The notes under the pieces: generated by a model
Database searches by the model: none
Told to the model about the DNA's origin: nothing
What the model saw: the letters and a program-made list of their open reading frames with translations, nothing else
Position numbers and translations under genes: made by a program
Shown: positions 33,743 through 47,048 of the stretch, in pieces
Position numbering within the stretch: position 1 is the stretch's first letter
How the letters are laid out: every line of letters begins with the position of its first letter
Source: Schizochytrium sp. TIO01
Lineage: Eukaryota; Protista; Bigyra: Labyrinthulomycetes
Assembly: GCA_004764695.1 (NCBI GenBank)
Contig: SMSO01000006.1
Span: 1,627,859-1,691,858, forward strand
DNA length: 64,000 bases
Direction: 5' to 3'

Positions 33743-34987
33743 GAGAAGAGAACGTAAGCTGAAGGAGCGGCGTTCCGTCTGCGAAGAGGGCTCTACTTTC
33801 CTCTGGGGAACAAAAGGCGGCGGCGAAAGTCCTTCGCGCCGCAAGAAAAAGAGGCCAAAGCGGCGTTTCTCTGCGCGACAATAATTGAAGCAGATCACTG
33901 CTCCGAAGATGTCCAGCCCAGGCCTAAGGTTTCCGCTATCAGGCGCCTACCCTGCACTCTGTTTGGCGAAGTAGGCCCATGCCTGCGGGAACGGAAGCGC
34001 AGAGTTCTCGCGCAAATGGCTGGCGGCGCGTCGGTTTGTCCCCGCAGTGGTTCACAGAGGCTGTGGGTTCTGCTGTCTGCGGGGCCAGGACCGCTTCTCT
34101 TTATTTCCTTATTTATTCATTTACTCTTTCATTTACTTCTTTCTTCACGTCCTTGTTTATCATTTCTTTGTTTCTTTGTGTGTTTGTTTACTTGCTTGTT
34201 TGCTGCTGTGATGCGTTGTTTCCGCGCTGGCCTGCCCTGGCAAAGGGCCGCGAGAGGCGGCGTAGGAGCGGCTTCTGCGCTATCTGTGAGGGCTCTCAGC
34301 GAGCGCTGCGGAGGCCACGGCGGCCGCTGAGGCGACTTTTCGAGCGCCTTTCCGCTCTCCCTTTCCCTTGCGTTCCCTCCGCCGTCCTTGGGGCGCTTCC
34401 GCTGTTACCTGGAGAGCAGCTTTTCTGCTCACCCCAGAGGAGCTCTTCCCGCAGCGGTTGCCACGGGCTGTGAGGGGGCGGCCGTTCCCCGCAGGGAACA
34501 GCGATTTACTCCTCACCCACAGTCGCGCAGCCCCCTCGCCTCACAAGAGGAACCTCGTTCAGGCAGGCAGCCAGTTAAAGTTGCCCTTTAGTTGATGATT
34601 ATTATCCTTTTCAAAATGAATTAAAAACGTTTTAACTAAGAGTTGCCCTGAGTGAGTGAGTGAGAGGAGAGAGAACATCAAGAAAAAGCGGTGAATAGAT
34701 TAATTGATTGATTGTTTGATTGAGATTGATTGATTGAGATTGAATGTTTTTCTGGTCAGGCGAAGAGCAGATCGAGAGGCGGAAGACTGGTCGATACGAA
34801 TCCAGTTGACAGGACATTTGAGCCACTGGCGCAGATAACGCTCGCTCTCCTGCTGCGTCGTAGCGTTGTTATCTTGAGTCTTCCAGGGCGTCTCGGGCTG
34901 CTCGTTTCATCGCAAACGCAGCTTCTCGCGAGCATCTCGAGACTTAGATGACAGAGGTTGAGAAGAAGAGTACCTAAGTTCTTAGAC

Positions 34988-35170
34988 TGAATTGAATTGA
35001 ATTGAATCGAATTGAACTGGATTGAATTGAATTGAATTGAATTGAATTGAATTGAATTGAATTGAATTGAATTGAATTGAATTGAATTGAATTGAATTGA
35101 ATTGAATTGAATTGAGTTGAATTGAATTGAATTGAATTGAATTGAATTGAATTGAATTGAATTGAATTGA
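34988..35170. repeat. (GAATT)n microsatellite
   Basis: About 36 near-perfect pentamers. Confidence 0.97.
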
Positions 35171-35995
35171 ACTGAGTTGAAGTGGATTGGATTTGCTTTC
35201 GTTGCATCGCGCACACCGCACGGAGATGCCGAAGAGCTGAAGTCGCGGCCTTTGAGTTGCTTCGCAGAAAGTGACCAACGGTTTGACAGATACAACAATG
35301 TCAATCAAATGCCTGTTAAGTAGGTACTACGTCAGACGTACGCATTATTGGGGAGGACTTTAACGACTGCGCTGTGAAAGATCGCGGCCAATGAGTCCAA
35401 TCGTCGAAGCGTAGGAACTCATACGCATACATGCACTGCGAACTGAGTCGAAGGTTTCTTTCTTTGGCGCAGACTTTGAGAATGAGTCGCGGCATACGTT
35501 CATTGCACCTGCCTTGAGTTGCTTAGTTGCTTGCTTGGTTGCTTGCTTGGTTGATTGGTTGATTGGTTGATTGGTTGATTGGTTGATTGGTTGGCTTGTC
35601 AGGGTCATGGACAATGACGAAGACGTTCTCACCAAGGCGTAGGTCTCCTCAAGATCGACCCATGGAGCTGATTGATTGATTGATGGTTTCCATTCGATGG
35701 AGTAGATTAGCACATGCGGCCAAAGGCGTGAGACGTTTAGCGTGGCTGGGCGTTAGTCGGTGCTAGTCGCTCAACGGCGATCACAAGGCCGTTTGAGTTC
35801 CCAGGAGGTCGGCGCTCTTCGCTGTGCGATTACCCTACGCGTGCATTGCGCGCCTCAGCAGAAAATTATTCTTCCCTCAGGCTGTGGACGTTAAGGCGGC
35901 TTAGAGGGGCCTACATGGCCACGGCCAGTAGCAGGGCGTATCGAGGCACATCGACCTAAGCGTGTATATGTCTATCTACGGCTTGTAAACTCACC

Positions 35996-36186
35996 AAGCT
36001 CAAGCTCAAGCTCAAGCTCAAGTTCTTAAATTCAAGTTCTTAAGCTCTCAAGTTCTTAAATTCAAGTTCTTAAGCTCTCAAGTTCAAGTTCTTAAGTTCA
36101 AGCTCAAGCTCAAGCTCAAGTTCTTAAATTCAAGTTGTTAAGTTGTTAAGTTCAAGTTCTTGAATTGTTAAGTTCAAGGTCAAGTT
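35996..36186. repeat. Compound CAAGCT / CAAGTTCTTAA repeat
   Basis: Mixed 6-, 8- and 14-nt units with a duplicated block. Confidence 0.85.
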
Positions 36187-36907
36187 GAAGGGCCTACGTT
36201 ACGCTGTGCGCTGTACAAACAAAGCATTCACGGAGCTTGGCTGGCCAGTTTCAAGACAGCTTCAGGTTTCAAGACACATCTGAGGCACGCGAAGGGTTGA
36301 ATATTCGATTGTCTGGACCTCCTCAAATGACTCTCTTGGAGCGACAGTTGTGGAATCATAAAAACCCTTTATTCAGAGTGGTTATCGATTCCACCCACAT
36401 TCAATAACAAGGCTCAGATTACAAGTATCGTGATGGCCCCCAAAACTGACCATCTGATGGGTAATAATACCAAACCACTGATCACGACGGCAGACGCTCG
36501 CTTCCTGGAAAGCAGACAAGAAGAGGTCGGGTATACCGTGAATCCTCCGCCAAAGGCATCTTCGTCTCAGGAGTATTCCTGAACGATCTCAGAGAGGGGT
36601 TGTTTTGATCCTATCTATGCACACGAAATGAACCACCCATCATCATTGGATGAGATTTAAGGTGTCGTTGATCGCTCGAGGATCAAATGACAAAGATTAA
36701 TCTATTTATGGAAAAATCTATTTTCATTCATATAAATAAAATGTACATTGAATCTAAACAAATGGTTTTTAGCGTACAAGCCTGGAGATTCCCTGATTCT
36801 TTGAGACTTCTTGTTTGAATCAACGCAGCACTGTCCTTTACTACTTGGAAACAAGAAGTTTCTGCAAGTCGGTTCGGGCAGTGCTGCTTTGTTGAAAACC
36901 TGCCGAC

Positions 36908-37063
36908 CAAACAAACAAACAAACAAACAAACAAACAAACAAACAAACAAACAAACAAACAAACAAACAAACAAACAAACAAACAAACAAACAAACAAAC
37001 AAACAAACAAACAAACAAACAAACAAACAAACAAACAAACAAACAAACAAACAAACAAACAAA
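36908..37063. repeat. (AAAC)n microsatellite
   Basis: Perfect tetramer run of about 155 bp. Confidence 0.98.
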
Positions 37064-40000
37064 ATAGCAATATAATTACACTCCTGCAGACCTGCATAGT
37101 TCTCCCTCAACCTTTCCAAGGAATCTTGAAAGGACTGCATCAGAATAACCTCTCAGAGAGGTAGATAGATATCTCAGAGGCAAAGAAGAAGAAGAAGAAG
37201 AAAAAAGAAGATGAAAACAAAGAGTTCAAAACTTTCAAATTTAAAGGCAAAATAAAACTGCTTAACTGCGTGTACACTGTAACTGCAGCCCATTTTTTCG
37301 TACCTACTCACATCGAAGAAACAAAACCAACATCAAGTTAAAAGAAAAAAAGAAAAAAAGAAAAGTGAGTATTGTTGCTCCTATTACCTGTTTCCCCGCA
37401 CTGCTTGAAGCTCCTTCTCCGCCACTGATACGCGGCTCAACAGCAAGAGAGGGCTTCTTCTTACTTACTTACTTACTTTCTTTCTTCTGCAGCGGAGACC
37501 CTCTTTTACCCAACGGCGAGTCGAAAGAGGCATTCCCATCGCGTGTTTTGTTTGGTTTCTTCGTGGTTTCTTCTCGGTTCCTCCTCCTGAAAGGGTGCTT
37601 CGCTCACTCTCTCTCTCTCTCTCTCTCTCTTTCGTCCCGAGACGGACTGTTCTATCGCAAGAGGGTCCACAGTAACACTGCTGATTCGAGGGGCATGAGC
37701 GGCTGCGGGGCAAATCGCTTGTTACCCTCCGCTACCGAACTGAGGGTAAGCAACTTGCGATCGACTGTGGGCCATGCTGGAGGCGCTTGTGAGGGCGTCC
37801 GTCTATCTGGTTTCGCCGGCTGATGCTGAACTGACTCTTGCCATATTGGAGGTCGAAAAGCGCCTCAAGATACTCTCCTCTTCCCCCTCTTCGTTCTCTG
37901 AAGGCCCTTCTTTCTGCCTTTTTTGTGGCGCTGGCTCATCAAGTAATTGGATAACCCAGGGTCCGACGGCCTTTGATCTTTGATGGCTAAGCGTACTCGT
38001 TCGCGACTTTTGAGCTGGCCTTTCGCTCATCAGATGCAGGCAGTCAGTATGCAGGAGGACTTGGAGGCTGGTTCCCAAGAAGACAAAGTCTTTGTAGAGG
38101 AAGAGAATAAGATTTTATCTTTCTTCGCTTTGAGTAATCGTGGTATGGGAGCGTGGTATGGCTACCAGCTGCTAGCTGTACATAGCCAAATGGATATATA
38201 TATATGTATAGAGAGAGAGAGAGAGAGATATCGATAGCTTTGTAAAGTAAGTTTAAAGAAAGAGGTGTACACGACAGATGAGGAGCGCGAAGTGAAGAAT
38301 TCGTCGTAGTAGTGGCGTGAAAGCGGTGGAGGGAGAGAGGCGCTTTTAAGCCGGAGTAAAGGTTTCTGTTTCTGTTTCTGGGTTTATATTTATTTATGTT
38401 TGTTTTAATTATGGGATCTTGAATGGATGAAGGAGCGTGAATGAATGAGTGGTTGAAGGGAAAGAAAGGGAAGGCCCGTGAGGATGATGAAAAAGAAACA
38501 AAGAGGAGAGAAGTTTAAGTTGTCTCTTTGTTCTTCTGTTTGGACAGACATCTCTTTTAACTCGCCGCTTTTTGTCTCCTTTCTGAAGAGATTATTCTTT
38601 AAATTAAACGGCAGAAAACGTTGCATGAGGTTCATGGTTTTGTTTGGATTATTGCTTCATCTTTCCATGAAAAAAAAAAAGAAAGAAGAAAAGAAAGATT
38701 AACAAATGCGAGTGAGAAAATAGGCACACAAATGAAAAAGAAACAAGATTGAGTGTCTATTGTTTAAAGATAAATAAATAACAAAACAAATGATGACTTT
38801 TTACACTATCATCTTTCTGATCTTTCTGGTTTCTTTTTGATTTCACTCGTTGGCCGATCTTTTGTACAAAGTTTTTGACACTCGCTTTTGTTTGTTCCCT
38901 CTCAATTCTCGTTGTGGTTTGTTTTGGAAACGAAAGTTAGAAAGCCCCAACCATGATTCTCTTCCCCTTTCTTTCCCGGAGGCCCTGACTGACCAGACAG
39001 CCATGAAAAAGAAAAAACTTGGTTCTCGCATAAAGGCTTCTCAGAAGGTCAAATCAATAAAGAAACACCGGAGGCTCTGGCAAACGAGGAAGTTTTCACT
39101 GATGAGACAGGTTTTGGAATATCTGAAAAGTGCAGTTTCAGTATTCCATCAGACCAGCCTTTGATGGAATCTTTAATTCGTTCGATTCACTGATGTTGCG
39201 TGAAAAAAACTAGAAAGGGCTTTCTTTTCGAGCGGCGGCAATAGATCGAATAGATCGACAGATAAGAGAGCTTCCATTGAAAACAAAGCGCGAGGTTATC
39301 TTCGATCGATCATCCAATCAGAATCCGCGGGATAAGGATTTTCAAAGAGCAAGTAGAGGTTAACTGAAGAAAGCAAAATCAGGTCTTCGAAACGAATCGT
39401 CAGCAGCTCTTGCAGAGACTTCTGGTCCTGAGAAGGAAACATTTGCAAAACTTTCGATGGGATCAAGAGAGCAAAGTATCACAATCATTTCAAGATCGAT
39501 TTCGCAATACAACAATAAACTAAAAAACCAATTTGATCTTGAACCATCTTTAACATCGCAGAACCGGAGAGGCATCCCGAGCGCAACCTTTTATTCTAGT
39601 TTGTTTATTTGACGAGAAAGGAGAACATAAGAAAAGAAAAGAGCGTCAGTCCCTCGGCGCCTTTGGACTTTTTCAGAAGCGTCTGTTGTTAAAACTTTCG
39701 CACTTTACCTTCAAGTCAGCGTGAATTCGAACGAACCCATTGCAGAAAAAGTCTTAAGGGCGGAAGCTTTATCTAGTTATCATATATTACGTCGGGACAT
39801 GCACCACAACTAAGGTCGACCCCGCTCGGGAAGCTGCATGTTAGACCGGCTCAACAAGTATGTTTGTTTACGCCTTAGAGATAGCTCATCTTTGAGTCAT
39901 TATAGGGAATGCTAAATGAAAAGAGGGCTCATGCTAAAGTATTGTATGTAAAAAAGGAGATGGCTCGGAATGAAGTGCGTATAAAAGGGGGGTGTTGCAG

Positions 40001-41695
40001 TAGAAAATAGAAGGCCCACGTGTATCGAGTTGAATAGGGTTTTAAATGAAATAAGCCTGTCTGATCTTCGGTATGCGGCAAGGTAGTTCTTTCAAAAATA
40101 TAAAGAATGGTTCCACAAGGAAGATTTTAGAAAGTTTTTTTTTTTTTTCAATTTATTTAAAATAGCGTGTACACAAAATAGAAATAGAAGGTAAAGACAT
40201 AGAAGGTAGTGCGAATGGTTAATTGCTGGTTTAGACGAGTGAAGTGCCAGCCAAGAAAAGGACTTCCAAGCCACTAAACGGCCTCCTGAATGTGATAACT
40301 CTAGCTAGCTCTGACTGCCTTCAAACGGTGAAAAAACCATATTCTATTTGTCCTGTCTCATTTATTTATCTATTTATTTAAAATATAAATAAACAAATAA
40401 ATAAATGAATAAATATGAATAAACAAAACAAAGCAAAACTAAACTAAACTAAACTAAACCCAACCCAACGCAACTGTAGTCTCTTTGAGCAGAAGAAAAT
40501 AATGAAAGTTACACCCATCCTACTCATGAAATGGAGGCAGCGGCTAACAGAAATCAATGCATGAGAAGAGGTTGTCTCTGGCTTTTATTTATAAAATTCT
40601 AAGCAGTAAACTAGAAAAGGAACTTGGTAAAAGTGAGCGGACCTGGAGGTCTCCCTACAAGAAACCCGGCAAGTGGGTGTCTTTTTGGTGGCTCGTATAC
40701 ACGCAGTCGCTGCTGCGGGATCCTTTGCTGTCGATATAGGGGAGCTGTTCTATTACTTGCCATCATGATGAGAACAATACCACGATTTTGCATGTAATAG
40801 AGGCCTGTCGTTAGGATTTTGTAAGATTTACAGGGAATCTAAGAAGCGAGCACAGATAATGTTGCCAGCTCCTGACTCACTCACAGGGAGTCGTGCTATA
40901 TATCAATTGAATGTACCTTCTAGTGGCTGTTTACAACGACTACCTGCGATTCCGGCGAATTATATGAAAGTTTGGACTCGCAAGGCTCACTTGGAAATAG
41001 GGTATACACCAGCTAACATGTTGATTTAACGATTATTCGGCCGGGTGCTGTAACGCAAAGTATCATTAGGAATAAGAACCCAAAATCTCACCGAGACCAT
41101 CGCCTTTCGTTCCCAAGAGGGCGTGATCTATAAATCTGTACGCCTCTCTTCAGTTGCGTTGCCAAACACGAGTTTGATTAGGAAGAAAAATATTCTATAG
41201 AGACACATCATTTTAATTTCTGTCAAGACTCGGTTTGTTCTTGTTGCTCACTTGCTGGTGTTCCTATATGGGTAAAGATTAATCTTGGGTGTTTTCTAGT
41301 TCATGGATAGGGATTTTCTACTAACCAATGTTGGCCGTTTTTACAGATATTAGAAAAATCTTTAGTTCCGCATGATCATGAGCTTTACAATTTAGCAGCA
41401 TAGCAGCTTACTTTTAATTCGATCAAAGATTTAATCAGGAATTTCCAGATGATATTTTGAAAATCTGTGTTCTTATCTGCATCATCTACTATCTAGATGC
41501 AACTAGAGCAATAGCCATTGTTTGAATGCAAAGTAGGCAAAATAATAAAAGATGAATTCAACTATGCTTTGAGGTACGACAGCCCAAATGCAGTAAGGAT
41601 ATTAGCGCTCAACTTTTGGTATTGATTTTGCTTTGTATTTAAGAATTGTTAAAAGTTGGTTCTAGTATATTTTCTTCATTTGTGAGGTTACATTT

Positions 41696-42060
41696 TGAAG
41701 AACAGCCAAATGTATCGCTGTTATATGAGGTCTACTACATTTGAGCCACTTTGATTTGAAGAACAGACAAATGTATCGATGTTATGTAAAGTCTACTGCA
41801 TTTGAGCTACTTTAATTTGAAGAGCAGACAAATATGATGTCTATTACATACATATTGCTGCATTTGGGCTATTGTATCTTGAAGAAGAGACAAACATAAT
41901 CTCTAATATACGTTTTGCATTTCGACCATTGCATCTTGAAGAATAGCCGAATTCGTCTCTATAATACATCTTGCATTTGAGCCATTGTTTCTTGAAGAAG
42001 AACTCAATTTATTTCCATCGTACATATTGCATTTCGACCATTGCTTCTTGAAGAATATCC
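41696..42060. repeat. Degenerate 56-62 bp minisatellite (about 6.5 units)
   Basis: Anchor TGAAG at 41696, 41757, 41818, 41880, 41937, 41993, 42049; conserved part GCATTTGAGCCATTGxxTCTTGAAGAA. Confidence 0.8.
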
Positions 42061-42138
42061 AAATTCTGAAAATGCCATGGCTTGAAGATTAGATCATACA
42101 AGAATCACTCTTGGTCTCAGTCTATTTGAAAAAAATAA

Positions 42139-42162
42139 GGGGGGGGGGGGGGGGGGGGGGGG
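42139..42162. repeat. Poly-G tract (24 nt)
   Basis: Seen directly. Confidence 0.95.
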
Positions 42163-44218
42163 AGACGACTACATTTCTTTCCATGCACACAGAACAGGAG
42201 CAGCGTGTGTTATAGTGTAGAACTCAAAGATTCACAGAATGTAAAATCCGTCCAAAGTCGAAGCTTACAAGCGTTGCTGATGTCATTCATCGTAAGGATA
42301 TGATGCTAACATGAAAGCGCCATACATTCGAGTATTTCCAAAAATTCCTCGAGCGCTGGAGCGGTCTCAGGGTAGTTTAAGGCACATTTCTTAATGCAGC
42401 AGACAGGCGTCGAAGTGGTGGCAAGAGTGGCAAACAAGGGAGTTCTTGTTAAGTCTATCTTCACAGTAAAAAGATGCCTTTCGCCTTAGACGATCTTGGT
42501 CTTAGTTCATCAGACCTTTTGTTTTCTATTGCTTCGGGTCAAACTACCTTCACTGAGAAGCGTCGCACGTTCCCACTTACGCTCCTGGTCTGGCAGCCGA
42601 TCCAGCGAGCGCATGAAAACCAACCAACCAGCTAGCCGAAGTTTGGCAGCCAGCGTCACGCACTAGCTAGATCAAGTTTTTCACTGCACCCGCTTGACAA
42701 CACCACCACCCACCGACCCACCGCAACTTCACTCACTGTGAACTGTGTCCTTTTGTGACAAAGGTTTTGATAAAAGTCTGAGGATCAACTCTGTCACTTT
42801 AATGATTATTATTGCAAGTGCTAGTACGTGTGTACCGAGAACAAAAATAATCCCGTAGTAAGAGAGACAATTTTACTGCTTGAAGTCTTCAAAAAGAAAA
42901 GAAAAGATTGACGTGCCTGCTTTGACAGAGCAGACAAGACTAGCTAGAATAACTTGACGAAATCTTCTTCTTCTTCTTCTTCAAGCTCCTCTTTGCTCTA
43001 CTCCCTTGCGAAGTGATGCGCTTGCATCAGCCACGGCGAACGAAGCTTGTTTGCGGCGAAGTTCTTCCTCAGCTCGTTGAAAATGAAAGTATTTCGCTCT
43101 GGACCTGTTGCTTAAGCATGGGTAAGAGCGGCAGTAGCAGGAGGAGGGTTAGCAGGCTCAAAACGGGGCAAGATCGCTCGCTGATAGGGGAGGTACCTAA
43201 GGTACTACCTACCTACCTAAAAGAAAACGAAGCAGCGAAACAGGAAACCAAAACTGTCGTGGAGTGGCCCCGAAGAATGCTCGGCCCATTCGATCCAATC
43301 CAGGGTCGAACAGGCCAGCGATGAACTTTGAGGAAGAGGTCAAGTTATTCATGATGAGCTTTCGAGCTCGTTGATCAAACTTCATTTTCTGTCTTTCTTT
43401 CAAACTTTCTTTCTTACTTTCTTTCTGACTTTCTTTCAAACAAGCAATAAACTTAGGCTAAAGTAGAACAAAGTAAACTGAAAGCGAAATAGAATAAAAT
43501 AGAGTAAAATAGAGTAAACAGGAAGAGGAAAAAAATAAATTGAAACAAATTGAAACAAATTGAAACAAATTCGCTCACTCACTTTTACATCGTCCGTCGG
43601 TTTTGCTCTCTCCACGATTTGAGCGTACAGGAAAAAGGACTTCGATTGCGATTGATTGTTGGTGAGTTTGCGCAGCGGTTCATACCAATCTAATCGTTCG
43701 CCTTCCAGGCCAATCCAATCGGTCTCAGCAATTTAGCCCAAGCCACGCCACGCCAAGCCACGCCCTCCCTGGATGCGCCTTTTTCCTTCACAGCCGGCGA
43801 TCTTCTTTCTTCTCTCTATTGCCTGCAACATTACTCCTTAGGGGAAAAATTGGACTTCCTACGGCATACTCTTAGCAGCGCCTAAGTCGCACACTCTGTG
43901 TACTAACACCACAGAACCTGCCGGCGGCGGGGGCGCCTAGAACTGCCTAGCGCCGCCGGTAGCGCTCCGCGAGCAAGGCGTGCTGGAGAATGCACTGCGC
44001 AGCGCCTCGAAATCGTTATGCACGGCCAATTGACCGACGCCCTTCGAGGCCTGAGATGAGGAGCCCCTTGAAGCGCCGTTTAAGCGCCCCCCGGGGCTTA
44101 TAGGAGCAGGGTATCGGCAGATGCTTTGAGCCACTTCGCGGCGGCGTAGCAGCAGTAGGGGCCGCTACGATCAGCTGGGGTAGGCTGTTTAATTGAGAGC
44201 GCATTGCAGGGAATTAAT

Positions 44219-44448
44219 GAACTGCATTGCAGAGAATCAATTGCATTACAAAGAACTGCATTACAGAGAACTGCATTATAGAGAACTGCATTACAGAGAA
44301 CTGCATTACAGAGAACTGCATTACAGAGAACTGCATTACAGAGAACTGCGTTGCAGAGAATTAATTGCATTACAGAGAATTAAATGTATTACAGAGAATT
44401 AAATGTATTACAGAGAATTAAATGTATTACAAAGAACTGCATCGCAGA
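44219..44448. repeat. 15-bp (GAACTGCATTACAGA)n minisatellite grading into 19-bp GAATTAAATGTATTACAGA units
   Basis: Seen directly; source of the ELHYR/NAVLC pseudo-ORFs. Confidence 0.92.
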
Positions 44449-46638
44449 GAAGATGCAGGTGCGATAGACCGCCGAGGCGTGGCAAGAAGATGGCGGCGCA
44501 GGGATTGGCGATGGTGAAGGCATACCGTGCGGGCACCGCTGAGGAAAGGAGCATGGGCGACCGAGGGAGTAAGTTGCTGAGCGGAGGGCTCGCGTCGCGA
44601 ATTGACGCAGGATGATGTAATGCGATTTGCACTGGAATGAACGAATGAATGAACGAATTTTGGGCATTGAGGTGGCTCGCTCTGATCCACTTGGAGACAC
44701 TCACCCAAGACGCGAGCTTGCAAGAGAGAGACCTCTAAGACTTCATTGCAAAGTCGTGCAGGAGGCCTTTTCAATCCTTGCATCCCTCATTATACCTTCG
44801 GCATGCGAGAACCATTTCACAAACCTTGTTGCGGATGATACCCATCCTGTGTCCGTCTGGCCATTGAGTTGGATTTTGGGAGGCGGATTTCTGCGATGCA
44901 TGAAACCAAATGAGCAAGCTCCGTTTCCCATTGCGAATGAAATGCAATCTTTGGAGTTGAAGCCATCGAGCGAAGAGCAAGCTAGGTTTGGCTCCGCACA
45001 TCACAGGAGTTTATTCGTTCGTTCACATGTATGTTGCATGTTGCATGTTGCATGTTTTGGGTTTCTCACTTCTCCACCGCGACCCCAGAAGCTTTTTTGA
45101 ACCACTCCCCTGTGTAGGAAACTTGCAAGCTCAGCAGCGAAGATATCCCCAACGCGCCCAAAGACCGTGCAGAACACATAATTATGGCCATCATGTCAGT
45201 CAGACTTTCGACAACGACGCCGCCTCCACCATAATTGGAAGTGTCGTGTTGCTTGGGGCGCATGCAGTCCTCTGCAATGTGATTGATTGATTGATTGATC
45301 CATTCATACATTCATGTTCGTCTAGATAATGTAAAGTTGAAATCCAAGAGTGTTTGTAGAAAGGGGCGCACGCGTACGCCACTGCAGAAAAGCAAAGATA
45401 CTGTCATGGCCAAACTCGGCAGGATCTGTCGGCCATAACCTGGTCGACGTAGAGAATTGCCGAGGAAATGGCCGGGAGGGTCTCCGCCAGGACTGCGCGT
45501 GGCCTCTGCTACCGTCACGATGTCAGGCAGCCAGCCTCCGCGCAGCTACGAGTCGCGACACGATATCTGTCCGTATGCCGTCTCACGCCACGATCATCTC
45601 GCCGACCTGGAAGCTCTGGGTTCTTCCCCATCTTCTTTCCTACAGGGAAGCAAGGGAAGATAGCGAGCGAACGAACGAACTAATTCACAAACTAACTTAC
45701 TAATGAGCTAACGAAGAAGGGGGAAATGAAAACGCCAGCGAAGGGATCCATAGTTTCGCATTACTGACATTCTTCGCCATCGCCGTCGTGGAAAGATTGA
45801 ATTCCTCCGCCTCTTTTGCAGCAGATCTTGCAGCTTTCACGGACGAGTTCTTCGGTCCGGGCTGGCGTCTGTGCGGAATGCTCGTGTATCGACTGGCTGG
45901 AAGAGTGAGACTGTCTCGAGGTCCTTTGCGGAGCGAGGAACAGCAAAGCGAGCGTGCTAGCGCAGGCAATTCTTGCCGTCTCCCAGGAAGTTCGAAGGAA
46001 TCGCCTCCTCCGCATTGTTTGTTTATTTGTGTACTTTACATTATTATTTCGATCTTGTGATTTACAGAAAACAAACTAGTCATTGATGTTTTAAAAGAAT
46101 AGTATTGTTGTTTCAGAAATATCAATCTTTTTTTCTTTTTTTCTTTTTTAAATAAATTAAAACAGGATGGCAAAGAAGTTTTATTATTAATACTACTATT
46201 ATTTAAATCAATTCTTAAAATTTTAAAATTTCAAGTTCAGGTTAATTAAAACATTTACTTTATGAAATTATAAAGTGTTTTTTTACGGAAAATAAACGAA
46301 TTAAATAAAAATAGGAGAGGCTCTACAATTGTTTCAATTTTTATCTCTACCTTAGTAACCAAGTCAGTTAGGTACTACCACTCCTTTAGGAAAAGACAGA
46401 AGGAAAGCAGTCAATAAATTCAGTGGCTCAAAAGGAACAGCGCGAAGGAGGTCAATGAGCCAGACAAGAGCAGCGTGACTGTTACTGGCATCGAAAACAA
46501 GATCGCCAGGAAAGCTGTTTCCGCAGTCTGTCTGTCTGTCTCCGCCCTTTCAAAAAAAGAAGGAAAGAGAAGGAAAGAGAAGAAACAAAAGAAAAAGCTA
46601 GTGCGCTTCCTCTTTCTTTCTTTCTTTCTAACCTTCAA

Positions 46639-46677
<39 letters not shown>

Positions 46678-46984
46678 TGAGCTCTTCATTGAAATTTCTT
46701 GAAAACGGACTCTTGAGCCTGAACGACTGCCTGCCTTTGAAGCTTTTGCGGCCGTCGACTGAGCTTCCGCACGGACCTCATCGCAACGGAGCATGGAGGC
46801 GCGCCTCCAGCTCTGTGTACATACGTATTAGTAGCTAGCTAGCTGGCTTGGGCCCACTCGCAGAGCAGGATTGCTTTGTTGCTGTTTTGCGCAAGAATGC
46901 TGCTTCTGAGCCATTACCTGCCCTTAGCTGCGGCCTAGCTGAGCCTGCTTCCCAGTAGGTAGTAAGTGGGTACCTATTAGAGAA

Positions 46985-47048
<64 letters not shown>
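46985..47048. repeat. (GATT)n microsatellite
   Basis: Perfect run; similar runs at about 33694-33741 and 54576-54671. Confidence 0.97.

Noticed and set aside
41696-42060. CRISPR-like repeat-spacer array
   Set aside because: The 'spacers' are related to each other, the repeats are degenerate, and the context is eukaryotic with no cas genes.
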